Positions 39,873 to 51,488 of a DNA stretch of 64,000 bases are shown piece after piece (positions within the stretch are counted from its first letter, which is position 1; every line of letters begins with the position of its first letter). This DNA is from Lingula anatina (taxonomy: Eukaryota; Animalia; Brachiopoda), in the NCBI GenBank assembly GCA_051362555.1, contig CM120649.1, forward strand, positions 5,208,001 through 5,272,000, written 5' to 3'. The notes below the pieces were generated by a model. It ran no database searches, had not been told where the DNA came from, and saw nothing but the letters and a program-made list of their open reading frames with translations. The position numbers and the translations under genes are program-made.

Positions 39873-41877
39873 TATAGCCGTCTATTTTAAAAGGTAACTT
39901 TCGTCTTCACATAGTCTAAATGTGTTTTCTCCTTTTTTGTCCTCTAACGTGATTTGAAACTTACATTCATTTACCGATTATTTTGTTTATATCCTTCCTT
40001 ACCGTATTTCAATCATTACATAAAAATATTTTAAAACGGAAATATAGAAATGACATATTTTAAACTTTTTATTAAATACGGCTTAAAAATGATTTTCAGA
40101 TTTTAAAGTAAGTTAACAAAATGCCAAAAGCAAATGGTTAATATTTCGATGCAGTGAATTGAAAATGTTTTTTCTGTATTATTTTCAGAGGAGAGGCAAA
40201 ACTGTCACTTAATGTTGTCGAAAACACGTCTCTTTGACAAGGATTGAACAAGACAGACATCGTAAAGCTCTGTATCGTCAGAATAAACGACTATAAAGAT
40301 TTTGTGACTTTGACACTAAAAAAGAAACCGTTTGAAAGCGAAGAAGATTTATAGGGTGCGCCTCATATTGTCTATCAGTTAAACCAAAATTAAATCAGCT
40401 GTTACCAAGTCTTATTCACTGTTAAATAAACATTTTTATCACATATAAAATATGTGTCTAATGTTCATTTATCTTTTGTCTCGTAAATTTAATCAGCAAG
40501 TAAGAACATTTCTGTGGGTGTTTTTTCTCTTTCTCTTTTTTTCTTTTTTGGAGGTATATTTTACAATCAAGCAAAGCATATATATATATAAAAAAAACGA
40601 GATTATTTTGAACTCCATCGTCTGGAAAACTAACATTTTACTGTCATTCCGTAACGTTGTAATTTGTTTGTGCCCTACTAGCTGTTGTGTGTCTTACTGA
40701 TAATCCTAAATAAGGAAATACTGAAACACGCGTCTCAATAACCTTCTATGAAAATCAATCACTACAAGGCACTAAGCAGATATGGGGATGCATGCATGTA
40801 TTTTGCTCCTTGGGGTCATCACCAAATCGCCTGTTTAGGTGCCACCTGTAACACTTGTATATGACCTTAAAGTAGGTACTGTACTCCCAGTTACCAGTTC
40901 GCTTTTTTCTCTAATTATCTTTTCCATATATGACGGAAATAAGTGATAATGTTCTCTCACGCGCTATGTTCTTACTACTGATATATTTGATGACATTGGT
41001 ATAATGTTGACATCGCACGCGGTCTTTGACGGCAAAATAGAAACATTTCGCCGGAAGTATTAAAGCATCGGTGGAGCGTGGATTCCCAGTAACATATATA
41101 AAACGCTTCTACTAGTTTCTTATACAACTCAAATTAATTAGATATGCCAAGGGATAAATCACTCGACCATGGCCATAAAAGAGCTTTAAACTGCTCCTTT
41201 CTTTAAATTTTTGGTCTGAAATTTTACCTACTTTCGTGATATACTTTTCTACCCCATTGATATACAGCATAGAATGCTAGCAGAAAAATCCGTACAATAT
41301 TATTTTTCGGGTAAAATTGAACGATTCCTTTTGCTTATTCTCTTGGTTATATTACTAGAAACTGTGTGCTGGCATTTGGTTGGATTTTGTGGCAAAAATT
41401 CTATCTTTAAACACAGTGAGATATTTAGAAAAGCGGTCTGTTACATACGCTTGCTTAAACCTTAACTGTAAGTCAAGTGAAACAACTAAATTATTTATTT
41501 GTATATTTAATTTAATACATATTTTGAATTTAAATTTAAATTTTAATTTAAAAATGTGAAATGTCAAAAATTAGCTTTAAGCCATATAGGCTAGTACAAT
41601 GAACGGTACCCAAAACTCTTTGCTCTTTCACTAAGATCTTGATAGTTATTTTTGGCGAGATTTTTCCCTTTAAAAATTGGTATAATGAGTGTCCACAATA
41701 ATATAACTTGAAAGTAAAACGTCACCATCAACTAAAGACGCTTTTAAATGCACTCTTTGTGACAAATGCTCCCACTCCCCCCCCCCCCCTTATCTCTCTC
41801 TCTCTCTCTCACTCTCTCTCTCTCTCTCTCTCTCCAGCAGTTGCACACGGTTAGGTACAATGTTTCATCATTTTATA

Positions 41878-44768
41878 CAGTCATATGGCAACTGACTGCG
41901 CATAGGAAGATATTCAGAACGGAGCGCATGCGCTAAGATGACGTCGCGGTCGAAAATGTGTAACCTGCGCGGAAATTAAAGAATTGTACTTTATTACCTC
42001 TGTACTCAGCGGGCAAATTATGTTGTTTTAACGTTGAAACAACGTTGAACCATAACGTTGATAATAGGTTGGATAAACATTGGATTTGAAAGTTGAATCA
42101 ACGTCAGATAACAACATTGTATCAACACCAGTTGTTAGACAACATTCCTGCATGAAAAGACAATAAAATGACCTGAAATGTTTTTATTTTTGGTACAAAA
42201 CACAGGTACACAATAATAACGTACACTGTAAAAACATCCAAGTGCCTGCTTTGTCTGATCTTTTTCAACGCATTTAGCTCCTAATAAGCATGTTTTGCAC
42301 CTAAGCATGGTACACCCTTTTAGCCTGGGTGTGTTTAGCAGTAGGACATGTTTGATAGCTAAATATATGTAGGGTATATGTGAACATGGAAAAGGTCAAG
42401 GACGTTTCAGATCGTTGAGGGTGCGCGCGCGCCATCTGGTGTTAAATCCGCAACTGATTGTTGAATTGCGGTAACTTACTTTCGAATCGTTTATTGATTG
42501 TTAGATTTTGACGAATGATTAAAATGACCAAAAATAATTTAGTAGAATTAAGTTTAGATAATTAAAATAGGTTTTGGCTGTTAAATAGTGCCAATAGATT
42601 GTTGAATTGACGTCTGCATTTTCTGCGTGAATGGCGTTCCATAAAAACGACTTCAGAATTTAGCACTGCACGCGTCTTTGACATATTTCCACTTGGTGCC
42701 GGGGAGTTCAATTTGTAGCAGACACTTGGCATAAATTGGACTTTTAATGGGAAAGGATCACTTAAAGGGATAATAACTCTTCGTTTCGGCCAAAAAATGA
42801 ATTTTCCTGGAGTAAACAACAATTTTCACATACTTACCAATGGTTAATAAGTCCATTTTTACATTCAAAGTTAGTCCCTGGTTTTTTTCTAAAAAGTTTG
42901 TTTTTTTGTTAAAATCTCTTAAGAGATTTTAACAGAGTATAGCCATCAATGGAGGTCACGTGGTTTAAATACAAGCTCATGCAGATATCAGAATAATAGC
43001 TATACCTCTGTCACTGCCGTTTTTGTGGTAAAACAGAATATATTATATTTCTGTGAGTTATTCACAATGTTTTTATTGTAAACTATGTAAATCTTGATAA
43101 CTTCTGCAAATACTCAATATATAGATTTCAAATCGTATTTGAAATTATTTTTACAAAAATCTCAATACCTGTTATAGAGCTGCCCCCCTTAATCCTTTCT
43201 TTTACAAAAATGGACTGAGCCGCACAAATTTGGAATGCGGCATTGGTATCTTTGATAAAATTGGATACTTTTTAAAGATTTGCACCTGGGTTAACAAAGT
43301 GCGTTTTCCATGGGAAACTTTGTTTACCAATTTTTCTTAGTTTACCAATGAATGAACTTTACACGTTCTGACAATGACATTTTGTTTGTGTCAGCGCACA
43401 TATATATCTCAAACATATTTCCGTTAGTAAAAGTGTGTCGTGACAGTAGATTTCACGTACTTATATTACTTTTTGAACAATTCCATATTTTCAACTTGTA
43501 TATTTTTTCAAATTCAATATTCAATTTCAGTTAAATAAAAATCAGAAATGCATAAATCTTAAGTCCTTTTAATATATCGCTTTCAGGCTTCTATTTGTAT
43601 GTGTATCAAAAAAGTATCACTAATTTGTGATTCGATCATTGTTGAGAAGCTTGCGGTACAGATAAAATAAGAAAACTGTTTCCTCTCATCCAACTTGCCA
43701 TACACAGATAAAGTATACCAGAAAACATATTGGCACATACAGGCAGAAAAGCTCCTCATATGTGAATTCTGAAATAATGAGAAAAAAGAAGCTGACAATA
43801 ACTGTAATGAAATTAATAACGATGAAGACAAGAGCTAACTGAGCACTTTTAGAATTAGCTGAGGTACTTGTAGTGGTAAATTACATCATACCGGTATAAA
43901 CCCATGGCATTTAATGATAGTTGAACTAAGCATCATGAATTGCGTTTTACTTTAGTAGGCCTGTTTTACAAACGTTATCATGAATCAATATTACCTTTGT
44001 TAAATGTTCGTCATCCTTTTCTGTTCTGGAGTTAAGCTACAACCCGCAGCAGATCCACATTTATCCACCTCTCCCACTTCTTTCCACGTGTTCACTCTAA
44101 TTTGTTTACTAGTAGGCCTACGCGAACCCTTTAACACATATGTAGGTCAACATATACTCTACTGCATAAATGATATTAGATTACGTAAATCCAAGCCCTT
44201 TTCCTAATATTAATAAAATAATAAAATCTCACAGAACTGGACCAATTTTCAAAATGCATATCTAAATGCACACGTTTGCCTTTTGCATGTTACACATCAA
44301 GGATAGGTGAAGGTCGTTCATAAAAATATTCACTGAAACTAGTTCAAACTGGTTGTGTGCGATTCAGCATCGATTTTAAAATCGAAAACTTTGGGTGATA
44401 TTTTAACTCATATCTAAAAATGAGGAAAATTCAGGCTGGCAATATAGTCCCACCCCCTACGAGAGTTATTTTGCGATCAATTTTTTTCAAAAAATCAAAA
44501 TCGTGAACATATTTCAACTAAATTTGTTCATGTTTCAGTAATCCTTTAAAATCGGGAGTAATAACATGAACTGTTCTTATCATCTTTACAAAACCACAAC
44601 TTAAAACGCCCTTGTTTGTTTTTAAAATGATTATATTTGCAAGGTACGGTTTTTCACGTCAGCCAACGCAGATGTCCCGAAGCGGCGCTACTTCGTGACG
44701 CGGACTCACTGAAAAGTTTCAAATAACCGACATGACGTTACGTTTTTCAGCCAGTTGCCATCTGACTG
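41878..44768. mobile_element. About 2.9-kb non-autonomous DNA transposon, probably Tc1/mariner type (TA target)
   Basis: TIRs CAGTCATATGGCAACTGACTG / reverse complement CAGTCAGATGGCAACTGGCTG with TATA outside both ends. The GRP-4 unit lacks this segment (~39075-39097). No transposase ORF recognised. Confidence 0.8.
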
Positions 44769-45072
44769 TATAGTCAAGGCGTGTAGAAGAAGCTTTGGCA
44801 ACGCCAGTATTGACGCTCACCTAGGAAGCATCAATGTCATTTTTTATCACCATCTCACCGCAAACAAGCACTTAGACATGAAATATGACCAGGAATTACT
44901 CTCAACAAGAGTTAGGATCGGTCTAAGACCTCGATGATGCAAACAATTAATCTTGAAGTTTTATTTTGTCCTTATTCTATTTTCATGTTTTGTTTTCAGA
45001 GTGAACTCAAATTTAAAATAAAACATACAAAGTTAAAAGCCTCAGGTCATGCAGCACACTGGTGCTCAAGGC

Positions 45073-45079
45073 TATAAAA
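45073..45079 (+). promoter_or_regulatory. TATA box of GRP-5
   Basis: gcTATAAAA 91 nt upstream of the ATG. Confidence 0.75.
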
Positions 45080-45163
45080 ATGGAAGTTTTCGTCAGCTGG
45101 CACAAACCGACCAGAGGTTAGAGCAGGAGAAGTATCTTTACTGTCCTTCTGATCGTAACCAAG

Positions 45164-45427
45164 ATGTTAAAGAACCTGTTTATCCTGGGCTTGATGATCA
45201 GTCCAATCTTCGCCCAAGGTTGCGCCGGGGGTGGCGGTGTCGGTGGAGGCGGTGGCACCAACGGCTTTGGCTCCGGTTTTGGAGGAGGATTTGGTTTCCT
45301 CTCCGGACCTGGTGGTTCCGCCGGCGGCGGCGGTGCTGGAGGTGGTGGTGGGGGTGGCACCAACGGTGGATCTGGCTCCGGCTCTGGTGGGGGCTTTGGC
45401 TTTGGCTGTGTCGGTGGCAAGCGCTAA
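45164..45427 (+). CDS. Secreted glycine-rich peptide GRP-5 (87 aa), two Cys, C-terminal GKR
   Basis: MLKNLFILGLMISPIFA|QGC...GCVGGKR*. Donor at 45449, acceptor at 45830, AATAAA at 46078. Confidence 0.9.
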   Translation: MLKNLFILGLMISPIFAQGCAGGGGVGGGGGTNGFGSGFGGGFGFLSGPGGSAGGGGAGGGGGGGTNGGSGSGSGGGFGFGCVGGKR

Positions 45428-47166
45428 TGTCGCAATCAATGTTGAAAGGTAACTCTCGTTTTCACATATTTTAAATGTTTTTTTCTCTTTTTTGTCTTTG
45501 TGTTTCTAATGTGTTTTGAAACTTACTTTCTTTTTCCAATTAAGTATTTAATATCCTTCGTTATCGTATTTCTGTACCATCAGATAACAAAATTTAAAAA
45601 AGACATTTAGAAACGACATGTTTCTTTTCTTTTCTTTTCATTAATTACGGCCCAAAAATGTTTTTCGTAATTATGTGGAATATAGCTCTACGTCCATAAA
45701 TTTAGAATTAAAGCATTTCATTAGATTCACCCCCATATTTCCAAAACAGTGCAAAATGCAAAAAAAAAACAAATGGTGAATATTTCGATGCAGTGAATTG
45801 AAAATGTTTTTTTTTCTGTATAGTTTTCAGAGGAAAAGCACAACTGTCACTTAATGTTGCCGAAAGCACGTCTTCACAGCAAGGATGGAAGAGTACAGAC
45901 ATATTTAAGCTCTGCATCGCCATTACCTGATCGTAGCAGATCAACGCCTATAAAGATTTTGTGGCTTGGACTCTAAAAAAGATCTTGTTTGAAAAGGAAG
46001 ATTTATGGGATGCGCCTTCTATTGTAATCAGTTTCACCAAAATTAAATCAGCTGTCACCAAGTATTATGCTTTGTTAAATAAATATTTTACCGCATATCA
46101 AATATGTCTTTAATATTCACTTTTTTTATCGAAAATTTGTCTTATCAAGTGAAAAATATTGTTTTATTTTTCTTTCTGGTTTTTATTTAATTATTTATTT
46201 TTTTGGAGATTTCTTAACCTGATTACCATTAGCTTATGCGTCAACAGTGTGTGAAAAATAAATAAGTGCCATTGTGTTTCACAATATATATTACTAGACA
46301 GTAAACAGTGCATTAAAAATTATACAGGCTGAGCGATAATTCAGCCAACCGACAGTCATCGGCATACATACAGTACCTAACACAGTTCGTCGTGCGCGGT
46401 GTCCATTCACTCAAAAATTCTAAGAAGAAAATAAAGAAAAAAATTATACAAGAGCGATATTTCTCATCCAACCACGGTCAATGACGCCTGTTCCAACCAG
46501 ACGACTGTTTAACGTCGCAAATTTAATCTTATTCGTTAGGATCTACATTGTATAGGAACAAATTTCTTTATAACTCCCCAGTGGGAGGGTAATCTAAATA
46601 AAATAATAGGGGAAAGTAAAAGAGGCGAACGGTTTTCAATATACCTGTAAATATTACAAAATTCAACTAAGACACAAGTTAAAATATAAACATTTGTTCA
46701 GTACAGGAACTACATGTAAAAATAAAGAGAGTAAACTTGCAAAGAAATAGAATAAAGATGAATAAGAAAAAACAGAAATTTAAGTATATATAGTAGTAAA
46801 GACCATGGCCTTGATTTAAAAAAATATAAAAGCATTTTGTCTTTTTTCTCACGTAAAGGAATACATGCACGTGTCCTCAATAATTTATATTCTTACTTCA
46901 ACGCTAAATCACTGATTACATCAATAGTCAGCCATTAATAAATGTAAGGTAGCGGTTTATATGTCCCAACTGCCTATATTTCAAATGCACCTCTGTTGCA
47001 CAATGTTGCTTTGTTCTGTGATACAAACTAGGTGGTTGCTTAATCATTTAAATTCAAACACACAGTAGAATTATTATTAGCATCTCTTTTAACAGTAGGC
47101 AGACACACAGGTGGCTTAGACGTAATATATAACCGACAACCATACGTACGTGACTTGAAATTTCAT

Positions 47167-47168
<2 letters not shown>

Positions 47169-47218
<50 letters not shown>

Positions 47219-47630
47219 CATTGGTCAAAAAGGTTGTCCCACCCCCATTTCCATGTACTTTTATTTACAAATGATCACCTCACAGCTGTGAACTGTTAAA
47301 AATAGTGCTTTTTATTACGGATATCGTGTCTAACATGATTAATAGTTTAAAAAGTACAAAATAGTGGTGAAAATATACACATTTTATACCATTTAGTAAA
47401 ATTTATAAGAGGTACCCCCTCAAATCGACTATTTCACTGTGACTTCTACAGATATAAAGAAATGTCTATAAAATTGAAAAGACGTCGTCAAATGTCACCA
47501 AATTCACACAAAATTAGCATTAGGGTGTGCTCGTTAAAGATCACGTGCCTAACAGCGTGTGCGTCTACCGCGTACTGCAATTATCTCCTGTAGACGGCGC
47601 GACAAGCCTTCAACACGGGTTACAATTCTG
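47169..47630. mobile_element. (TA)n tract followed by a possible Tc1/mariner terminal fragment at the junction of the GRP-5 and GRP-6 units
   Basis: TA|CAGCATTGGTCAAAAAGGTTGTCC at 47216 resembles Tc1-type termini. The segment has no counterpart at the end of the next unit (~53253). No partner TIR found. Confidence 0.4.
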
Positions 47631-48569
47631 TTTTGATAATCCTAAATAAGGAAATACTGAAATACGCGTCTCAATAACCTTCTATGAAAATCAATCACTA
47701 CACGGTATTAAGCAGATATGGGGATGCATGCATGAATTTTTCTCCTTGGGGTCATCACCAAATCGCCTGTTTAGGTGCCACCTGTAACACTTGTATATGA
47801 CCTTAAAGTAGGTACTCCCAGTTACCAGTTCGCTTTTTTCTCCAATTATCTTTCCCATATATGACGGAAATAAGTGATAATGTTCTCTCACGCACTATGT
47901 TCTTACAATTGATATATTTGATGACATTGGTAATGTTGACATCGCACGCGGTCTTTGACGACAAAATACAAACCTTTCGCCGGAAGTATTAAAGCATCGG
48001 TGGAGCGTGAATTCCCAGTAACATATATAAAACACTTCTACAAGTTGCTTATACAACTCAAATTAATTAGATATGCCAAGGGATAAACTGAATAAATCAC
48101 TCGACCATGGCCATAAAAGAGCTTTAGACTGCTCCTTTCTTTAAATTAGGCTATTGGTCTGAAATTTTACCTACTTTCGTGATTTACTTTTCTACCCCAT
48201 TGATATACAGCATAGTCGGTAGAAGATGACTTTTAATACGCAAAATAAACCTACCAAGTTTCATCAACATTTATTCTGGCAATTATTTCAGTAGCAAAAC
48301 TATATTTCCAATAATCAAAAACCAGTCTGTTAAAATCATTTTTACCTTCTCGGATGTCTTAATTCAAAGACGTCATTTTTATCATTATCGCAGCTGCAGT
48401 TCTGCGCTGGCGATGAGAGTTCTTCGCGAAATTTGTCGTCATACAGCAGTCTCCACAATTTTGAATGAAAAATCGACTTAGCATCAGAGTATCTTATCTG
48501 TTAACCATTATGTACTGCGTCTCAATCTCTCTTGTTTATTTCCATTATCAAATTTCAGCAAACAAAACG

Positions 48570-50826
48570 CATGGAACGCCATTCACGCAAAAAATGCAGA
48601 CGTCAATTCAACAATCTATGGGCACTATTTAACAGCCAAAACCTACTTTAACTTTCTAAGCTTAATTATTCTAAATTAGTTTTGGTCATTTTAATCATTC
48701 ATCAAAATCTAACAATCAATAAACGATTCAAAAGTCAGTTACCGCAACTCAATAATCAGTTACTGCAATTCAACAATCAGTCGCGGACTTAGCACCATGC
48801 AGATGGCACTCGCGCACCTTCAGCGATCTGAAACGTCCTTGACCTTTTCCATGTTTTCAATTCCGCATATTATGCAGCACACGAACTATATGTGGTGCCT
48901 CGATATGAAATCAGACAACTTTTGTGTTTTTAATCTACAAATACTAAAAAAAAATCAACTAAGTTAATAAAGGCGTTCCATAAAAACGACTTAAGAATTT
49001 AGCACTGCACGCGTCTTTGACATATTTCCACTTGGTGCAAGGGAGTTCAATTTGTAGCAGACACTTGGCATAAATTGGACTTTTAATGGAAAAGGATCAC
49101 TTAAAATTTCATGAAAAGTAAACTATGTAAATCTTGATAAATTTTGCAAATACTCAATATATAGATTTCAAATCGTATTTGAAATTATTTTTACAAAAAT
49201 CTCAAAACCTGTTATAGAGCTGTCCCCCTTAATCCTTACAAAAATGGACTGAGCCGCACAAATTTGGAATGCGGCATTGGTATCTTTGATACAATTGGAT
49301 ACTTTTTAAAGATTTGCACCTGGGATTTTCCATGGGAAACTTGGTTTACAAATTTTTTTCAGTTTACCAATGAATGAACTTTGCACGTTATGACAATGAC
49401 ATTTTATTTGTATCAGGCCACATATCTATATATCTCAAACATATTACCGTTAGTAAAAGTGTGTCGTGACAGTAGATTTCACTTATATTACTTTTTGAAC
49501 AATTCCATATTTTTAACTTGTATATTTTCTCAAATTCAATATTCAATTTCAGTTAAATAAAAATCAGAAAATTATAAATCTAAAGTCCTTTTAATATATC
49601 GCTTTCAGGCTTCTATTTGTATGAGTATCCAAAAAGTATCACTAATTTGTGATTCGATCATTGTTGAGAAGCTTGCGGTACAGATAAAATAAGAAAACTG
49701 TTTCCCCTCATCCGACTTGCCATAAAACAGATAAAGTATACCAGAAAACATATTGGCACATACAGGCAGAAAAGCTCCTCATCTGTGAATTCTGAAATAA
49801 TGAGAAAAAGAAGCAGACAATAACTGTAATGAAATTAATAACGATGAAGACAAGAGCTAACTGAGCACTTTTAGAATTATCTGAGGTACTTGTAGTGGTA
49901 AATTACATAATACCGGATTACCGGTATAAATCCATGGCATTTAATGATATTTGAACTAAGCATCATGAATTGCGTTTTACTTTAGAAGGCCTGTTTTACA
50001 AACGTTATTATGAATCAATATTACCTTTGTTAAATGTTCGTCATCCTTTTCTGTTCTGGAGTTAAGCTATAACCCGCAGCAGATCCACATTAATCCACCT
50101 CTCCCACTTCTTTCCACGTGTTCACTCTAATTTGTTTACTAGTAGGCCTACGCTAACCCTTTAATACATATGTAGGTCAACATATAATCTACTGCATAAA
50201 TGATAATAGATTACGTAAACCCAAGCCCTTTCCTAGGGTAAGACTTTTAAATAAACTATAACTTCTCATTAATTAAATCTCACAGAAGTGGACCAATTTT
50301 CAAAATGCATATCTAAAAGCACACGTTTGCCTTTTGCATGTCACACATCAAGGATAGGTGAAGGTCGTTCATAAAAATATTCATTGAAACTAGTTCAAAC
50401 TGGTTGTGTGCGATTCAGCATCGATATCAAAATCGAAAACTTTGGGTGATATTTTAACTCATATCCGAAAATGAGATAAATTCAGGCTGGCAACTTTTTT
50501 TTTCTTGCAATATAGTCCCACCCACTACGAGAGTCATTTTGCGATGTTTTTTTTTTTTCAAAAATTCAAAATCGGGAACATAATTCAACTAAATATGTTC
50601 ATGTTTCAGTAATCCTTTGAAATCGGGAGTAATAACATGTTCTTTACAAAACCACAACTCAAAACGCCCTTGTTTGTTTTTGAAATGATTATATTTGCAA
50701 GGTACGGTTTTTCACGTCAGCCAACGCAGATGTCTCGAAACGGCGCTACTTCGTGACGCGGACTCACTGAAAAGTTTCAAATAACCGACAGGACGTTACG
50801 TTTTTCAGCCAGTTGCCATCTGACTG
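48570..50826. mobile_element. Rearranged second copy of the 2.9-kb transposon (right TIR kept, left end lost, internal inversion)
   Basis: Right TIR cagccagttgccatctgactg-TA ends at 50826. ~48570-48855 is the reverse complement of ~42385-42642. Forward similarity resumes at ~48972. Confidence 0.75.
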
Positions 50827-51133
50827 TATAGTCAAGGCGTGTATAAGAAGCTTTGGCAACGCCAGTATTGACGCTCACCTAGAAAGCATCAATTTCATCA
50901 TTTTTTATCACCATCTCACCGCTAACAAGCACTTAGAAATGAAATATGACCAGGAATTACTCTCAACAAGTTTTAGGATCGGTCTAAGACCTCGACGATG
51001 CAAACAATTAATCTTGAAGTTTTATTTTGCCCTTATTTTATTTTCATGTTTTGTTTTCAGAGTGAACTCAAATTAAAAATTAAACATACAAAGTTAAAAG
51101 CCTCAGGTCATGCAGCACACTGGTGCTCAAGGC

Positions 51134-51140
51134 TATAAAA
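51134..51140 (+). promoter_or_regulatory. TATA box of GRP-6
   Basis: gcTATAAAA 91 nt upstream of the ATG. Confidence 0.75.
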
Positions 51141-51224
51141 ATGGAAGTATTCGTCAGCTGGCACAAACCGACCAGAGGTTAGTTTAAAAGAAGTATCTTT
51201 ACTGTCTTCCTGAACGTTCTCAAA

Positions 51225-51488
51225 ATGTTAAAGAACCTGTTGATCCTCGGCTTGATGATCACTCCAATCTTCGGCCAAGGTTGCGCCGGGGGTACCGGTA
51301 CCGGTCAAGGCAGTGGCACCAACGGCTTTGGCTCCGGTTTTGGAAGAGGATTTGGTTCGGGCACCGGACCTGGTGGTACCTACAGAGGCGGAGGTGTCGG
51401 AAGCGGTCGAGGCGGTGGCATCAACGGTGGATCTGGCTCCGGCTCTGGCACCGGCTCTGGCTTTGCCTGTGGCGGTGGCAAGCGCTAA
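51225..51488 (+). CDS. Secreted glycine-rich peptide GRP-6 (87 aa), two Cys, three internal Arg, C-terminal GKR
   Basis: MLKNLLILGLMITPIFG|QGC...ACGGGKR*. Donor at 51510, acceptor at 51893, AATAAA at 52141. Confidence 0.9.
   Translation: MLKNLLILGLMITPIFGQGCAGGTGTGQGSGTNGFGSGFGRGFGSGTGPGGTYRGGGVGSGRGGGINGGSGSGSGTGSGFACGGGKR

Noticed and set aside
42028-42125. Cluster of aacgttga motifs
   Set aside because: Short degenerate repeat inside the 2.9-kb transposon, probably a nested repeat fragment with no independent evidence of function.
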